In this document: positions 13,127-32,621 of the stretch, one piece after another
How positions within the stretch are numbered: position 1 is the stretch's first letter
Layout of the letters: every line of letters begins with the position of its first letter
Notes under the pieces: generated by a model
The model's input: the letters and a program-made list of their open reading frames with translations, nothing else
The model's database searches: none
What the model was told of the DNA's origin: nothing
Source: the human T2T-CHM13v2.0 reference genome, Homo sapiens
Length of the DNA stretch: 64,000 nucleotides
NCBI RefSeq assembly: GCF_009914755.1
Contig: NC_060947.1
Strand: one strand, 5' to 3'
Translations under genes and position numbers: made by a program

Positions 13127-13750
13127 AAACTGGCACAAGACAAGGATGCCCTCTCTCACCACTCCTATTCAACAAATATTGGAAGTTCTGGCCAGGCTAA
13201 TCAGGCAAGAGAAAGAAATAAAGGGTATTCAAATAGGAAGAGAGGAAGTCAAATTGTCTCTGTTTGCAGATGACATGATTGTATATTTAGAAAACCCCGT
13301 CATCTCAGCCCCAAATCTCCTTAAGCTGATAAGCAACTTCAGCAAAGTCTCAGGATACAAAATCAATGTGCAAAAATCACAAGCATTCCTACACATCAGT
13401 AATAGACAAACAGAGAGCCAAATCATGAGTGAACTCCCATTCACAATTGCTACAAAGAGAATAAAATACCTACGAATAAAATTTACAAGAGATGCGAAGG
13501 ACCTCTTCAAGGAGAACTACAAATCACTGCTCAAGGAAATAAAAGAGGACACAAACAAATGGAAAAACATTCCATGCTCATGGATAGGAAGAGTCAATAT
13601 CATGAAAATGGCCATACTGCCCAAAGTAATTTATAGATTGAATGCTATCCCCATCAAGCTACCAGTGACTTTCTTCACAGAATTAGAAAAAACTACTTTA
13701 AATTTCATATGGAATCAATAATGGGCCCGCATAACCAAGACAATCCTAAG
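13127..13750 (+). pseudogene. L1 ORF2p reverse-transcriptase fragment
   Basis: [33 protein letters not shown] includes the FADD catalytic motif. In-frame stop at 13719-13721. Confidence 0.92.
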
Positions 13751-14874
13751 CAGGGACATGGATGAAGCTGCAAACCATGATTCTCAGCAAACTAACACAA
13801 GAACAGAAAACCAAACACCACATGTTCTCACTTATAATTGGGAGTTGACCAATGAGAACAACTGGACACAGGGAGGGGAACATCACACACTGGAGCCTGT
13901 TGGCAGGTTGGGGGCTAGGGGAGGGATAGCATTAGGAGAAATACCTAATGTAGATGATGGGTTGATGAGTGCTGCAAACCACCATGGCATGTGTATACCT
14001 ATGTAACAAACATGCAGGTTCTGCACAAGTATCCCAGAACTTAAAGTATAATTTAAAAAAGAACTACCAGCAGTAGGATAATCTAATAATAAATTATCTA
14101 ATAATCCTACTGCTGGGTATATATTCAAAAGAAGGAAATGAGTACATTCAAGACATATTTGCACTTTCGTATTTATTCCAGCATTATTCACAATAGCCAA
14201 GATATGAAAGTAACCTAAGAATTAGTCAATGGATAAATGGATTAAAAAAAATGTGGTATTGTAGTTTTCAAAATAGCTAGAAGAGAAGATTTTCAATGCT
14301 CCCAACACAAAGAAAGATAAATATTTGAGGTGATAAGTATCCCAACTAGCCTGATTTGAACATTACACATTGTATAAAGGTATCAAAATATCACATGCTT
14401 TCCAAAAATATTTAAAAGTTTTACATATCAATAAAAAAGTATTTACAAAGGATACCTGTGCTGGAGGTATCATGTGTGTCTTCCAGAATTATGAGTCTGC
14501 GTGTGTTCCCTGGCTTTCGTTAAGTGGCCATGCCATTACCTTAGCTCTGAAAAGTCTTCAAATCAACATCAATTCACTCACCAGAATTGTTATAGATATT
14601 ACAATTTGCCATAGACATGTGCCTTGCATGCTGAGTTGACATCTGTATAAATTATTAGCATATTATCTGTATCTAAATTAATGCTTTAGGACAGGGGAAA
14701 ATGTTAATATAGAAACATGAGAAGGCCACCTGTTTCCTAATAAAGATCCATATCATTAATAGGATCTGTTTTATCTGGTGAAACTCAGGGCCATTATGAA
14801 TACTGCAGATTGGCCTTATCTTGCCACCTGAAACACTTCTAATAATAGTTTTCAAGTAAGGACATATTGGACAA

Positions 14875-15370
14875 AGTGCAAATAGGAATTAACATAGCAG
14901 GGTTGATCTTTTGAAGAGTTTACTTATATGGCTATACTTTGGCTGTAATCTGTGAACCTGAATGCCAGAAGGTTCCTTACACTGATAAGTTTGTTTTGCC
15001 TTCCTCGAACACTAAAAACTTATTTTACTTTTTGGAGTCTGAAGTTTTGATAACTGTGGCTGGTATAGAATGCCTTCATGACTGGCTTCTTTTCAAATTT
15101 GGGGACATTGAGTTTCTGAAGGACTTCCCAGGGCAGAAACATTGCACATATATTACTGCATTTTTGTTGCTGGAGAAAACTCACACTTATGTGTGGCCCC
15201 TCAGAAGAGGAAAAAAAAAAATACATGTAGAGTCTGGATACATTTAGACTCCAAATTTCTCTCTTGCTGACCATTGTAATAAATTGTTTCATGAATACAA
15301 CTGCCTCTGATTCCTCTGAGTCATTCTAGTGAAACAGAAAGTGTGGGGATGGCTATGAGACCCCTGACAT
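14875..15370 (+). mobile_element. ERVL LTR (MER68/MER77-like)
   Basis: GTGCAAATAGGAATTAACATAGCAGG start, GACTTCCCAGGGCAGAAACATTGCACAT, TGTAATAAA, and end GAGACCCCTGACA. Confidence 0.65.
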
Positions 15371-15429
15371 ATAAACAAATGTAAGAATAATCACAGATTT
15401 CCCACTGGAAACTATAAGAGCAAAGCAAA

Positions 15430-21120
<5,691 letters not shown>

Positions 21121-21124
21121 TGAG

Positions 21125-22546
21125 AAAGCCACACAGTGATGCCAATTTTCTTTTGTCAATGTGGGAAAATAATTCAATAAATCTTACTCTTTTTATAAAA
21201 ATTAACTCAAAATAGACCACAGATTAAACATAGTGTGTAAACAACAAAAGATTTCGAAAAAATAATTTGAGAAAATGCTTAAAATCTGGAGCAGGGCAAA
21301 TCATTCTTACACTTGGCACTAAAGACATGGGCCATAAAAGGAAAAATCTGTAAATTAGACTACATCAAATTAAAAAGCTTTTGCTGTGAAGTGGTCCTAT
21401 TAAAAGGATGAACAGACAAGCTCCTGATTGACACAAATTTTTTTTTGCAAATTACATACATGACAAAGTACTTGTGAGTAGAATTTTAAAGAGCTCTCAA
21501 AATTCAAGAGTTAAAAAAAAGAAACTTAAAAAAACCTCTAATAAGAAAGGCAAAACATATGAACAGACATTTTATTGAAAGAAATATGCAATGGCAAATA
21601 AACTCTTGAAAGATATTCAGCATTACTAGTTACAAGAAAATTAAAATTAGAACCTCAATGAGATGTCCTTACACTCCTATCAGATGGCTTAAAAACAACA
21701 TAGTGACAATACCATATCTTGGTGGAGATGGAGAGAAACTGCATCATTCATGCATTGCTGTGGGAATGTAAAGTGAAGCCACCAATCTGGAGAATTGTAT
21801 GTCAAATTGTATGTCATGTTTCTTAGAAATTAAGCATGTGCTTCCCATATGCCCATCAATTATAGTTCTGAGCATTACCCAAGAAATGAAAATTTATGTT
21901 GATGCAAAACCTTTACATGAATATTTATAGCAGACTAATTCATAATAGCCAAAAAGTGGAAGCAAGCCACATGCCCTACCCTTTGGTGAGTGAATAAATA
22001 CACAAACTGTGATATATGCATACCATAAAACAATATTCAGCAATAAAACAACAAACTATTGACCTACCCAATAACTTAGAAAAATCTTAATGAAATACCC
22101 TCAGTGAGAAAAAGCCTATCTCAAAAGTTTCCATACTTATTGTTCAATTTTATAACATCCTCAAAATGACAAAATTACTGAGATGAAGAAGAGACGAGTG
22201 GTCACAAGGATGTCTTGAGGAAGAAAGCGAGGTGTCTGAAGCTACAATAGAGTGTCATGAGGAATCATTGTAATAAAATTATTGAAATTGTTTTTCAATA
22301 AAAGTGCATGGATCTAAATGCACGTGCATGTGCACACTCATGTGTGCACACACACAGGAGTTCATATAAAATGAGAACTCTGAATAAGGTCAATTGATTT
22401 TACCAATGTTGTTTTTCTGGTTGTGTTATTATTCTATAAGTATACCAGAAGTTACCACTGGGAAAAGTGAATGTTTGGTATAGAGCATGTCTCTGTATTA
22501 TTTCCTACAACTGCATGTGTGTCTGTAATCTCAAAATAAAAAGTTT
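21125..22546 (+). mobile_element. Old L1 3' portion (L1MC/L1MD-like)
   Basis: Degenerate ORF2 C-terminus and terminal TATTTCCTACAACTGCATGTG...TCTCAAAATAAAAAGTTT. Confidence 0.75.
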
Positions 22547-22549
22547 ATA

Positions 22550-22915
22550 TAAAAATGGGCAAAAGACTTGAGCAGACATTTAACCCAAGTTGATATATAG
22601 ATGGAAAATAAACGTGAAAAGATGTTACATACCACTGTCAGCAAAATGCAAAATGAAAACACAATGTAATACCACCATACATCTATTAAAATGGCTAAAA
22701 TTAAAAATAAATGACAACACAAAGTGCTGACAATAATGCACAGCAACTGAAACTCTCATACATTATTAGCAGAAATGTAAAATGTTGCAACCACTCTGAA
22801 AAATGGAAATTTAAAAAACAATTTCAAACATAACCTAAAATATGGCCCCGTCAGTCCACTCCTAAATATTTGCCAGGGAAAAATTGAAATTTTGTCTACA
22901 CGAAAACCTTCACTT
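22550..22915 (+). mobile_element. Old L1M(E) ORF2 3' fragment
   Basis: AAAATGGGCAAAAGACTTGAGCAGACATT...GCAACTGAAACTCTCATACATT. Confidence 0.65.
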
Positions 22916-23539
22916 TGGGAGGTTTTCTTCCAGTTTGTAACACTACAATAAGATGAAAAAGAAGATGACCATAATGATCATAAAGTATAATTGTTAATTT
23001 CTACAGGAGTATAGAGTACCCTCAGGAAATAATATTAATTAAATATGATCCAATTTAGCCACAATTTCTAAAGTGCTTTATAAAATATCAAAAACTATGA
23101 ACAAACCATACAAAATACCAATAAAATATACAAAATACCAATTTATGTATGTCTCTGCTTATCATTAGAACTTTTCTATTGTGTTATTTTTGCATGTATG
23201 TAACTCTTGTTCCTTTATTAATCTGAAAACTAATCAATTTCTTCTGATTATCAGATTTCTTCTTAAGAGAGAAACAGATTTTCATCTAATCAGCCTCACT
23301 GTAGGTTTTACTTCTCATAGTATGGGGAACTTAATTTAAGGAAATTATTATTGCCAGGTTTCTGAAAACATCAGTACTTTATTAAGATAAACATCTATTG
23401 AAAACTGTTCTTAAAAATTTATTTTTATGCTAAATTATTTGATCATACTTAGGCTATTTTTGCCTTGAGTGACTATATGAACTGATGAATCTCGTTTAGA
23501 TTATCAATAATTTAAAATTATTTTATTGAAAAATAGATG

Positions 23540-24080
23540 CAATAAATCATTCTACCACAAAGACACATGCACGTGGATGTTCATTGCAGCACTATTCACA
23601 ATAGCAAAGACATAGAATCAACCTACATGCCCATCTATGACAGACTGTATGAAGAAAATGGTGCATATACACCATGGAACACTTTGTGGCCATAAGAAAG
23701 AACAAGATGGCGTGTTTTTCAGGAACATGGATGGAGATGGAGGCTATTATCCTTAGCAAACTAATGCAGCAACAGAAAACCAAATACTGCATTTCTTCAC
23801 TAATAAGTTTACTTTTGTTGCAATGATTTATGCTAAATGATGAGAACTCATGAACAAGAAGAAGAAACAGACATTGTCTCTACTTCAGAGTCAAGAGAAG
23901 AAGAAGGGAGAATGGAAAAGATAACTATTGAGTACTCTGCTAAATACCTGGGTGAGGAAATATCTGTACAACAAACCTCTGTGACACAAGTTTACCTATG
24001 TAACAAAACTTCACATGTACCCTTGAACCTAAAATATAAGTTAAAAATTAAAAAGTAATAAAAATAAATAATAAATAAAA
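23540..24080 (+). mobile_element. L1PA13-15-like 3' end
   Basis: AATCATTCTACCACAAAGACACATGCACG...CTGTACAACAAACCTCTGTGACACAAGTTTACCTATGTAACAAA, followed by an A-rich tail. Confidence 0.88.
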
Positions 24081-24134
24081 TATAGATTAAAGTGGCAAAA
24101 TGAAATTAAAATTGAAGATTTTGTATCATGAATA

Positions 24135-26165
24135 TTTTATTTTAAGTTAACTCTTATTTTAAGTTCAGGGGTATATAGGTTTGTTACATAGGTAAACTTG
24201 AACATAGAGTTTGTTACATAGGTAAATTTGTGTCATGGGGGTTTGCTTTACAGATTATTTTATCACCCAGTTATTAAGACTACCATCCATTCGTTATTTT
24301 TTCTGATCCTCTCCCTCCTCTCACTTTCTACCCTCTTATAGGCCCTAGTGTGTGTTGTTCCCCTCTATGTGTCCATGTGTTCATATCATTTAACTCCCAC
24401 TTATAAGTGAGAACATGTTGTATTTGGTTTTCTGTTCCTGTGTTAGTTTGCTAAGGATAGTGGCCTCCAATTGTATCCATGTCCCTGCAAAGGATATGAT
24501 CTTTTTCTTTTTGATGCCTGCATAGTAATCCATGGTGTATATGTATGATATTTATCCAGTCTATCATTGATAGGCATTTAGGTTGATTCCATGTCTTTAC
24601 TATTGTCAGTAGTGCTACAATCAACATATATGTGCATGTGTCTTTATAAAAGAATAATTTATATTCCTTTGGGTATGTACTCAGTAATGGGATTGATGGG
24701 TCTAATGGTATTTCTGTCTTTAGGTGTTTGGAGAATCACCACACTTTCTTCTACGATGGTTGAACTAATTTACACTCCCACCAACAATGTATAAGTGTTC
24801 CTTTTTCTCCACAACCTTGTCAGTATCTGTTGTTTTTTGACTTTTTAATAATCACCATCCTGACTGCTGTGAGATGATATCTCATTGTGGTTTTGATTTG
24901 CATTTCTTCAATAGTCAGTGATGTTGAGCTTTTCTTATGATTGTTGGCCACATGTATGTTTTTTTTTTTGTAAAGTGTTCATGTCCTTTGCCCAATTTTA
25001 ATGGAGTTATTTGGTTTTTTGTTGTAAGTCTCTTTAAGTTTCTTACAGATGCTGGATATTAGACCGACCTTTGTCGGATATATGGTTTGCAAATTTTTTC
25101 TCCCATTCTGTAGGCTGTTTACTCTGTTGATAGTCTATTTTGCTGTGCAGAAGCTCTTTACTTAAATTAGATTCCATGTATTAACTTTTACTTTTGTTAC
25201 AATTGTTTTTAGCATCTTCATCATGAAATCTTTGCCCCTGCCTGTGTCCTGAATGGTATTGCCTAGGTTGTCTTCCAGGGTTTTTATAATTTTTGGTTTT
25301 ACATTTAAGTCTTTAATCCAACCTGAGTTAATTTTTTTATCTGGTGTAAGGAAAAAGGCCAGTTTTAATTCTCTTCATATAGCTAGCCAATTATCTCAGC
25401 ATCATTTGTTGAATAAGGAATCCTTTCTCCATTACTTGCTTTTGTTGACTTTGTCAAAGATCAGATACTTGTATGTGTGCTGTCTTATTTCTGGGCTTTC
25501 TATTCTGTTACATTGGTCTATGTGTCTGTTTCTGTACGAGTACCATGTTGTTTTGGTTACTGTAGCCCTGTAGTATATTTTGAAGTAAGGCAGCATGATG
25601 CCTCTAGCTCTATTCTTTCACTTAGAATTGCCTTTACTATTCAGGCTCTTTTCCAGTTTCATATGAATTTTAAAATAGTGTTTTTTTTCTAGTTTTGTGA
25701 AGAATGTAATTGGTAGTTTGATAGGAATAGCATTAAATTTATAAATGGCCTTGGGCATTATGGCCGTTTTAACCATATTGATTCTTCCTATCCAAGATCA
25801 TGGCACATTTTTCCATTTGTTTGTGTCATCTCTGATTTATTTGAGCAATGTTTTGCAGTTATTCTTGCTGAGATTTTTTTTACCTTCCTGGTTAGTTTTA
25901 TTCCTAGGTGTTTTATTCTTTTTGTGGCAATTGTGAATGGAATTGCATTCTTGATTTGGTACTCAACTTGACTCTTGTTGTTGGATAGGAGTGCTATTGA
26001 TTTTTGTACATAAATTTTGTGTCTGGAGACTTTACTGAAGTTCTTCATCAGCTTAAGGAACTTTTGGGCCAAGACTATGGGGTTTTCTAAATATAGGATC
26101 ATGTCATCTGCAAACAGAAATAGTTTGACTTCCTCTCTTCCTATTTGGATGCCCTTTATTTCTTT
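24135..26165 (-). mobile_element. L1PA13-like 3' 2 kb
   Basis: Antisense 3' UTR from TTTTATTTTAAGTTCAGGGG. Minus ORF 25788-26102 ([18 protein letters not shown]) is RT. Confidence 0.9.
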
Positions 26166-26274
26166 CTTTATATATATAATTTCTATATGATTTTTATATA
26201 TCTTTATATATGATTTTATACATATGCATATATATCATGAAATTGTATATGATTTTAACAAGACCTATTATTTT

Positions 26275-26495
26275 ATTTTATTTTTAGTTGACATGTAATA
26301 ATTTTAAGTATTCTTGGGATACATAGTGATATTTTGATATGTGTATACAAGGTGTAATAGTCAAATCAGGATAAGTAGCATACCCATCACCTCATTTATC
26401 ATTTATTTGTTTTGTGAACATTCAAAATCCTCTCTTCAAGCTTTTTAAAAACATACAATAAATTATAGTTAACTACATTAGTCCTACAATGGTCT
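26275..26495 (-). mobile_element. L1MA extreme 3' end
   Basis: GTTGACATGTAATAATT...CAAATCAGGATAAGTAGCATACCCATCACCTCA...GTGAACATTCAAAATCCTCTCTTC. Confidence 0.75.
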
Positions 26496-27133
26496 TGCTT
26501 TAGGCATTTCAATAAAGTGTAATTTTGAACATGATTTTCAAAATGTAATTCAGCAAGTATAAAATGTTAAGTTGGAGATTATAGGCAATATTTTATGTAT
26601 TACAAAATAATTAAATTAATTCAAAAATTTTAAAAATGAATAAAGTCATAATTGTAATGAAACGATTCTAAAGTAATTCTACTCATATTTAATGATCTTG
26701 ATACCTTGACATTTCATGTCAAGCAGTCAGTTCCCATTGCTCTTGAAGGTTTAGTCTATCACTACCCTAACTTGTATAATACCTAATAAAATATTGGTAA
26801 TGGCTTAATTTTTGTTCTATTTATATCATTTCATATCAAGGATATTCTAGTCTCTTTACATGATAGAGAGTGTTTTCTTCTGAGAAAATATTTTTTAGAA
26901 ATGTAGTCCGTATAGATTTTCAGATTTATTACCATATTCTTCATTGCATCTTCTTTTATATTTATGCAGAATAAGTTTTATTTTCTAGTTCTTGTTTCTA
27001 CAAATACTTATTTTTTCTTTTTCTCTTTTATTCTGCATCCATCTTGGCAGAAATTTGTCAATCTATCTTTTAAAATGGAAGATATTTGGATTAAGTTATA
27101 TTCTCTATTATATATTAGTTTCCTGTTTTATAA

Positions 27134-27465
<332 letters not shown>

Positions 27466-28049
27466 TTTCTTATTTCTTAATAGTTTTGATCCTTTTGTGT
27501 TTTGAAACTCATTGATTTTCAGCCTGCCTCCTAAGGTAAACTTGCTTTGGACATATTTTTATAAGTAGTATTTCTGTTTTCAGCTGTAAATATTTTCTGA
27601 TGTACAGTATAATTTCTTCTTTCGTAGTAAGTTACTTAGAAGTACATTTATTAGTTTCATATATATGTACATTTTTAAAGTCATCTTTATTTTTTAGATT
27701 TCTAACTTAATTGCATAATGATCCAAGAATGTGGGATGTATGATACTAGGCCTTTGATATTTATTGGAACTCAGTCTGTGGTTTTGTATGTGGTTGGTTT
27801 CATAAATGTACAGTATATGCTTTAAATATTATGTATTTTCAACTATTGCTGCAGTGTTTTGAATGTATCTATTACAGTGAGATTGTTGTGTCATTAAAAT
27901 CCTTTTTATACTTACTGATTTTCTATTTGTTTAAAACATCAATTATAGGAAGAAGTGTTAGAATCCCCTACTACATTGATGTCTTTATTTTTTCCTTGTA
28001 GCTCTAGTTGTGTCAATTTCCACTCTGTATATTTTTAGATGCATAAAAT

Positions 28050-28242
28050 GAGGAGCGTACTGGTAAATGTTTGAAATTCAGCTCTCTTCAAGGAAAAAGA
28101 TGCCCTGATTTATCGTGTTTATCCATTTCTGTGGCACAAATAATCTCCCCAAGATATAAGCTGAAGTCACTAAGGCTGAGCTGAGAAAAAGATAACAATC
28201 AGCTCTTATAAGCCAACAACAGGAGACTCCAGTACACCAGCT
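28050..28242 (+). mobile_element. MER63A (hAT-Blackjack MITE)
   Basis: GTACTGGTAAATGTTT...GCCCTGATTT...CTCCAGTACACCA. The terminal inverted repeat remnant is GTACTGG/CCAGTAC. Confidence 0.7.
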
Positions 28243-28467
28243 ATACAGATACATGTGTGTGCATTATATATCCTCTATGTATTCTTGATTAATTGAAAAT
28301 TTGTGTGTGTGTGTGTTGTGGAGCCCCTCTTTATCTCTATCAGTGTATTCTTCCTTGAAGAGTTTAATTTGTTTTTCACTGTGCTATTAAGAGTTGTATC
28401 TAAGCTTTCTTTTTTACTTTTTCATGCTTTACTTTTATATACCCTATATTTAGATATGTTTCTGGAA

Positions 28468-28771
<304 letters not shown>

Positions 28772-29598
28772 TTATAGAAAGCTTATAGTGAGATTTTATT
28801 TTGTAATTAGCCTTGAAGTCTTCATACTTAGGTGAGTTAAATTACTGAAGTATTTTTATTTATTTCAATCATTTAATTTTGTATTTTAATTTCCTGCCAT
28901 TTATATCTCTTTTAATCTCCTTTTTCCCCACTTTTTTCTCATTTTATTTTTTGTCTCTCTGCTTGTTTGGAAGTTATAATCTTTCTTTCTTCTCTTTTGA
29001 TGGTTGTCCTTGACAGTTTAACATGCATATAGAATCAAAATAGTGAACTTCAATGCAAAACCAATACAAGTTCCTAAGAACATTTGAACAATAATTACTC
29101 TCTTCATTAATAAATTTTAGGTTTTATTTGCTGAATTTTTTAATTTATCCTTCAAAAGCAAATTTATTAGTGTTTCAAGATGTAAATATTTGTTTACATA
29201 TAACTATATATTTACCACTTTCTTAGGTTCATTATTGCTCCTTGAAACTCAGAATGTAATTACTGATACTCGATAGTTGTATATAACTTTTTCTCATACT
29301 ACTTCAGCATGAGTGAACATTTTGACATCTCATCAGGTTTATTCAATGCATTATTTCAGTTAATTTCTTTTCTCTTAAAGGTAAAAATATGACCTCTGTT
29401 TTAGACTGCTCACTTGCCTTCATTTATGGTGAAATGTTTTCCCTCAACCACCATTGAACGTCTAAGAAAATATTGTAGAACAATGTTCAAGTCATTGATT
29501 TCTGTAGCCAATGTTTTTGTTTTTCACTTTTATTAGTAGGTCACTAAGAGTACTATCAAATCAGGGTTTACTACATATACTCCTATGATATAAGTTTA

Positions 29599-29955
<357 letters not shown>

Positions 29956-31669
29956 AATGGATATAAAGGTAAATTTAAATAATAATAAATTAGCATGTGC
30001 ATGTTTGCCGATTCTCCTTTTCATATTAGCACACTATAAAAGCTATGTATTCATAATATATTTTAAAACAATCCTAATATAAGTTTTTCATGTCCTTTAG
30101 GTCAGATATCCAAATTATATTGACATTTCATGGTTATTGTGATAGATCTCTGTCATGATGTAAAATAAGCTTCATTTTGAAAAAGTATATATCATAATCT
30201 TAAATATTTTCTTATACAAAACAAACAGGCAAGAGTAAAATCTGACATTAAAACCAATTTATAGTAAACAGAATGTCTAATATGGTTTGTAGCAAGTGTT
30301 TTAAGAATGAGGTTTAGAGGAGATTTTTTTCTAACTTGCTGTGTAAAGAATTAACTTAGGAATCACTTCCTCAGGATCAATGTCAATGGGTTAGTTTAAT
30401 AAAGTTAATTCTTACACAATCTTTTAAAAAGACAATCTTCTAAATTTATATGTAGTTGGGGGAACATGGCATCAATGATGTATACAATCTAAAATATTCT
30501 ATTTTTAGATTGGTTGCTTTTTAAAGCCTATGGGAAAAATATCCTTTTGATCTTTAGCATCAGCAAATTCTTAAATACTGGTGGAGAAAAAAAAGATCAA
30601 TATTGCCTTATAAGCTTCAATTTGGAAGTTTTACAACATTGCCTGATAGTTTTAATCAGATACTCTTATCTGTCCTTGTTATATGTCAAACAATTCACTA
30701 CTGTAAATATAAGGAACTGATAATGAATAGCACTAATTTGAAGTAGTCATTATGGCTTTAAGCTCTACATCCTTAAAGTGTGTGAGCCTGCATAATCTTT
30801 AACCAGAGGCAATTTTAAATGAAGATATTAAACCTAGGAGGTGAATGAGAACCAATATAAATGTTAATCTGTTTTGAATACCAATTCCATGCTTATAAAT
30901 TCTTTTGGCACTTCGTGAAGATAAAGGAGCTGCAATGGCCTGCATTTTAATCAAACATATATTATAGTAACAGATGAGTTGTATGCTTGGAATTGAATGA
31001 GTTATATTCTGCACAGTGAAAAATTTGAGCATACAGCAACTAAATATTTGGGTATGTTTATAAAACAATGCACTGCTTTATACAGCATAAGATAGCTAAC
31101 AGGTTTTTGGGTTGTTAACTAGATGTACCCTTTTTTTCTGATTAGCCTTGGGAAAAATAAGAGTAATGTTCCGGTTTTTTTTTTCTTTTTTTTTCTAGAG
31201 AGCTGCTGTAGAAAAGTGCATTATGATGAGAAAGAAATTATAAATTGGAGAGTTTATAGTCCGTAGTATTACAGTGAAATTTTCTTGTTTCGTTTCTTAT
31301 AGAAAGAATGTGAAAGTTAAACTTGTGGCTCAATCCCTCTATATATTGTTTCTTAATTCTTACCTTCCTTCATGAAAGAATCTCTTCATTCTTTTCCACC
31401 TATCTAAGATATACTCCTATTCAAGTGTCAATGGTAAATATTAATACTACTATATTAATATGAAATAATGTTACTAATACTAATCTTGAATATTTCTTGA
31501 AATAATCCCATACATATCAATCTATGGACCAGTATATTTGCCTAGATATAGTTTTGATTTATTTCCTCTAGGTGAGGCACAACTATATTCATTACGCTTT
31601 TCTCCTAACAATTATGTAAGCTTCCAGAAGGCAAAACACGAGAGTCACCTTTAAGTTTTTATCTTACCT

Positions 31670-31782
31670 ATTCTCACAACACTTGACGTAGTTGATCTGT
31701 CACCGCTTCTTGACATTTTTCTTCCCTTGCCTTCCAGAACATCATCCTCTTTTTTACTTCCCTCTTACTTCATTAGTTGCTC
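31670..31782 (+). mobile_element. L2 fragment
   Basis: TTGACGTAGTTGATC...CTTCTTGACATTTTTCTTCCCTTGCCTTCCAGAACATCA resembles the L2 RT region. Confidence 0.55.
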
Positions 31783-32213
31783 CGCCCAACCCACAGGCAG
31801 CCAGACTTTAAGGTTATCTCCCTTGTTCCCTGAACATTGCTGTTATCCTGTTCTTAAGGTGCCCAGATTTGATATTGTTCAAACACACATGCTCTACAAA
31901 CAATTTGTGCAGTTAATGCAATTATCACAGGGTCCTGAGGCAACATACATCCTCAGCTTACAAAGATGAGGGGATTAAGAGATTAAAGTAAAGACAGGCA
32001 TAGGAAATCACAAGAGTATTGATTGCGGAAGTGATAAATGCCTATGAAATCTTCACAATTTATTTTCAGAGATTGCAGTAAAGACAGGTGTAAGAAATCA
32101 TAAAAGTATTAATTTGGGGAACTAATAAATGTCTATGAAATCTTCACAATTTATGTTCTTCTGCCATGGCTTCAGCCGGTCCCTCTGTTCAGAGTCCCCG
32201 ACTTCACGCAACA
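31783..32213 (-). mobile_element. MER11 (HERV-K11/HML-8) LTR, only the 5' ~430 bp
   Basis: The reverse complement starts TGTTGCGTGAAGTCGGGGACTCTGAACAGAGGGACCGGCTGAAGCCATGGCAGAAGAACATAAATTGTGAAGATTTCAT. An internal ~90-bp duplication is typical of MER11. Confidence 0.9.
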
Positions 32214-32621
32214 GATATGGGGAAATAGAAACGCTTTTACACTGTTCGTGGGAGTGTAAATTAGTTCAACCATTGTGGAAGACAGTGCATGATTCCTCAA
32301 GGATCCAGAAGTAGAAATACCATTTGACCCAGCAATCCCATTACTGGGTATATACCCAAAGGATTATAAATCATTTTACTATAAAGACACATGCACACGT
32401 ATGTTTTTTGCAGCACTATTCACAATAGCAAAGACTTGGAACCAACCCCAATGCCCATGATTGTTAGAGTGGATAAAGAAAATGTGGCACATATATACCA
32501 TAGAATACTATGCAGCCATAAAAAAGAATGGGTTCATGTCCTTTGCAGGGACATGGATGAAGCTGGAAACCATCACTCTCAGCAAACTAACACAGGAACA
32601 GAAAACCAAACACCACATGTT
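32214..32621 (+). mobile_element. L1PA internal fragment (ORF2 C-terminus), truncated at both ends
   Basis: WIKKMWHIYTIEYYAAIKKNGFMSFAGTWMKLETITLSKL. It stops at CACCACATGTT without the distal 3' UTR or tail. Confidence 0.9.

Larger units (their letters stand above)
10840..14060 (+). mobile_element. L1PA7-like element with complete 5' UTR and 3' end but two large internal deletions (about 3.2 kb long)
   Basis: 5' end AAGATGGCCAAATAGGAATAGCTCGGGTCTGCAGCTCCCAG (YY1-type motif), ORF1 from 12199, RT fragment 13127-13750, 3' UTR ending GAACTTAAAGTATAATTTAAAAAA. Confidence 0.92.

Noticed and set aside
13116-13721. 201-aa ORF with an RT FADD motif as a novel reverse-transcriptase gene
   Set aside because: It is an L1 ORF2 fragment created by a deletion junction. 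Its N-terminus is out of frame and it ends in a premature stop.
13740-13760. Spliced L1 explanation for the second L1PA7 deletion
   Set aside because: The right side falls at an acceptor-like TTTGCAG, but the left side continues AAAAAG in L1 with no GT donor. GCA microhomology explains the junction better.
22319-22356. Palindromes TGCACGTGCA and TGTGTGCACACA
   Set aside because: These are expected by-products of a degenerate (CA/TG)n tract in an old L1 3' UTR.
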